DNA of 64,000 bases from Azolla caroliniana. Its lineage: Eukaryota; Plantae; Polypodiophyta. Location of the stretch: assembly GCA_043228905.1 (NCBI GenBank), contig JBHGNT010000013.1, positions 21,018,001-21,082,000 on the forward strand, written 5' to 3'. Made by a program: the position numbers and the translations under genes. This document shows positions 62,501 through 64,000 of the stretch, piece after piece (position 1 is the stretch's first letter; every line of letters starts with the position of its first letter). The notes under the pieces were generated by a model. The model did not search any database, was not told the origin of the DNA, and saw only the letters and a program-made list of their open reading frames with translations.

Positions 62501-63084
62501 GGAAGGAAGAGATGAGCCGGGAAGATCTACTAGCGGTCCGGATACGACAACTGGAGGGAAGACCGAAAGATGTAGCGGAAGCGTCACGCCGACAACAAGA
62601 AGCACGATTCTGGAACAAAAGCCGGTTCGACACAAAGCACCGACTAAGACCGAGGAGGATTGAAGAAGGAGATTGGGTGATCGTATATGATAGTAGCTTG
62701 GACCATCAACATACAACGATGCGGAAATTCGCGAAAAGGTGGTTCGGGCCGTACGAGGTTCGGAAGGTCTTCGACAACGGGACGTACCGACTGTCCGAGT
62801 TGGATGGAACAATACTACGAGTGCCTATAGCCGGGAAGCGGGTGAAGATTTTCAAGAAGCGGACCGACGACAAACCTTATGTGATCCAAGTCGAGGCCGA
62901 CAACGAGGAGCAATCCGACGAAGACCACAATGATGCGGGAAGCGAAGAAAGTGGATTACAACTCATAGTCGACATAAGGGGAGAATCGGAGGAAGCTTCG
63001 GATGAAGACGGATACGAAGAATCAAGAACTTCGGCACATACCGGAGGATGTGCGGGTTTGGAGGGGGCGAGTGTCGTAGTGTAG
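59473..63084 (+). CDS. RT-RNase H-integrase, probably reached by -1 frameshift at GGATTTT (59473-59479)
   Basis: Open -1 frame from the slippery site to a TAG inside the 3' LTR; LPQGATNS, FLDD, TVDTS, IETDC, H..WAGH..C..C, ADRGE, PEANGKIE. Confidence 0.92.
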   Translation, partial: GFLKRTVAEWGSDSPRSPDTPHRKKPLGAKQVRIGPDGASTYTAVTGGMKKQYRQVEDKLRSASIIKEDEEIVGVIEEVFYGNTLQRLEELAEDKSQGNRVVPVESVEMYEIVAKMGPDALRKEEAMVSTKYKTVEKKVKPAAGPLPADSEQKKKEVSGDPTLRKSVDIGHAFTDETRKKLRIGGGGFLLQEEEKRFREMLEQHGKAFAFTSREIGCIDPKIVEPMVIFTIDHVPWNLKPIPVPRAHIPKVIDLLKEKVAMGILEPSSAPYSNRWFTVPKKNGSLRFIQDLQPVNKVTIRNSGVGPIVDEFAEAFAGRAIYSIGDLYSGYDQFQLAVESRDITTMRTPIGLVRMCTLPQGATNSVAHMMNAMNKVLRDCIPEITMPFLDDIPMKGCAVEEKDETMDDRGCRKFVVDHIHDCEKVLRKLEDVHLTLSGEKSAFGQEEILVVGHLCGPYGRRPSPTKIDAIQAMKEVCESTSEVRRFLGACAFYHIWIPHYAHIADPLYHLLRKGKKFEWKPEHTKAMRKLKKTLWRAESLKKPSYERPIIVTVDTSPTGIGWVINQADSDGSRYPIRFGAKVLNERQRGYAQVKRELWGVVSAIKSDRDYLIGAEVVIETDCLPILGMMRCCTIPDVAMLRWIAYVKSLNPEVRHISGKDNAVADMLSRARFEDDITESDNEEVSEDYFTSEHICRVNVIREFREEEFEGETLMIGKMLQEVEDSTNDKERRAEIRRKKRQVQKFFLENGLIWRTPKRPDGIPLRVVGTKEQRNRIMSEFHESDWAGHRGTWATFVKIKQRYWWKNMYKDVAEFTESCEKCQVYSGVRHRDELHPTFSPTINFKWMVNIVAMPTGIGQKKYLVLAREDLTNQVEGRALRRKTCAAVCQFLLEEVFCRYGCVGQVIADRGELDSDKARGFFAKHGVRLTLTTAYNPEANGKIERGHSPIVKALAKACDGRVKDWPQMLPYALWADRTTHSSVTGYMPAELMTGQAPVMPTETAIATWTILLWKEEMSREDLLAVRIRQLEGRPKDVAEASRRQQEARFWNKSRFDTKHRLRPRRIEEGDWVIVYDSSLDHQHTTMRKFAKRWFGPYEVRKVFDNGTYRLSELDGTILRVPIAGKRVKIFKKRTDDKPYVIQVEADNEEQSDEDHNDAGSEESGLQLIVDIRGESEEASDEDGYEESRTSAHTGGCAGLEGASVVV

Positions 63085-64000
63085 GTTGCACACTATGTGG
63101 AAATTATATTTTTGTCCCTCCGGATAGAGAATGGAGTGCTCGGTGAGAACCGGAAGAAAACGGCATACCGGCAAGGAGGAAAACGGCATACCGGCAAGGA
63201 AGAAAACGGCATACCGGCAAGGAAGAGCCGGATAAAGAGACATAAATGTAAAATAAGGAAATACTCATTACTGCGCAGGGCGTGATTCGAACTCTGCACC
63301 TCCACGTTGACACACCCCAACCTTACCATTACATTAAATTATCTTAAGTGTTTTAAATATAGATTTAATATGTATAGGACCTTTATTTATGCATACCTTT
63401 ATTAAAAGGTAAATCGTGTATTTTTTTAATATATGAAAAAGAAAAAAAACACGAGACACTAAAAATAACTCATGCACATCTAGCGTGCATGAGCCCTATA
63501 CTTAGGAAATAAAAAAGCATCACATGCACATTTAGTGGACATGAACACTGTTTGTAAAAAAAAAAAAAGCATGAAGCCATGCTTAGCTCTTCTTTCCTTA
63601 TATAAGGAGGAGAGAAATATGTAAAGGGTTGTTGATTATTTGGATTAAGTATTAATCAATACAAAAATTATTCGTGGGATTCACGATTTATACATCTACT
63701 TCTCTCTTAACACCCTAAGTACCAATTAATATAGTATACTCGTGTGATTCACGAGTTTCTTATCTTTCTCTTTGCTATTTACTCATAATTAATCTCTATC
63801 TCACGAACTTCTTTCTCCTAGTCCAAGACCTCTGTGGTTCCCACCCGACTCACGCAACGATCCGGAGCTGAAAGGCACGACAACGCCGGATACCGGTGCC
63901 GCCGCCGGATGCCGACACCGGATACCGACGCCGCATGCCGCCGCCGGATTGCGGTCGGATGCCGTCGGATCACCGGCTCCATCGGCGGTCCGGTTTTGGT

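Larger units (their letters stand above)
56640..63882 (+). mobile_element. Young full-length tRNA-Trp-primed Ty3/gypsy element, LTRs 56640-57404 and 63072-63882
   Basis: 4-bp TSD ACGC (56636-56639 / 63883-63886); PBS TGGTGAACCCGACGTGA 57409-57425; PPT ggagggggcgag; nearly identical LTRs; both ORFs open. Confidence 0.97.
55682..64000 (-). repeat. LTR of another tRNA-Trp-clade Ty3 element (55682-56639, resuming at 63883 and running off the window), host of the 56640-63882 insertion
   Basis: Starts tgtcgtgttgttacgcgcg like 33412; its reverse complement resembles the U5 end gtccaagacc..cacgaca; gccgccggat repeats continue across the ACGC TSD. Confidence 0.75.

Overview
Eukaryotic nuclear DNA, most likely from a non-seed land plant (inferred from short GT-AG introns, a GPI-anchored nsLTP gene, Tcn1-type chromoviruses and plant-type tRNA primer sites). 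Roughly 85-90% of the window is nested transposons: Ty3/gypsy elements of three lineages, several Ty1/copia elements, two hAT remnants, a LINE fragment, plus a ~189-bp satellite. Only two genes lie outside recognisable elements. The first is a 5-exon gene at the left edge encoding a ParB/Srx-like domain fused to a bacterial-type beta-class amino (N4C/N6A) DNA methyltransferase. The second is a 2-exon LTPG/extensin-like gene at 38.4-39.3 kb. Most unusual signals: (1) the intron-containing ParB-MTase fusion; (2) antisense tRNA-like A/B-box cassettes in the LTRs of four elements from two Ty3 lineages; (3) a Ty3 element with a tRNA-Arg 3'-end mimic where its polypurine tract should be; (4) a tRNA-Trp-primed Ty3 clade that makes 4-bp CG-centred target duplications and has a conserved GGAUUUU plus pseudoknot -1 frameshift signal between protease and RT. 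All calls were made by eye, without database searches.
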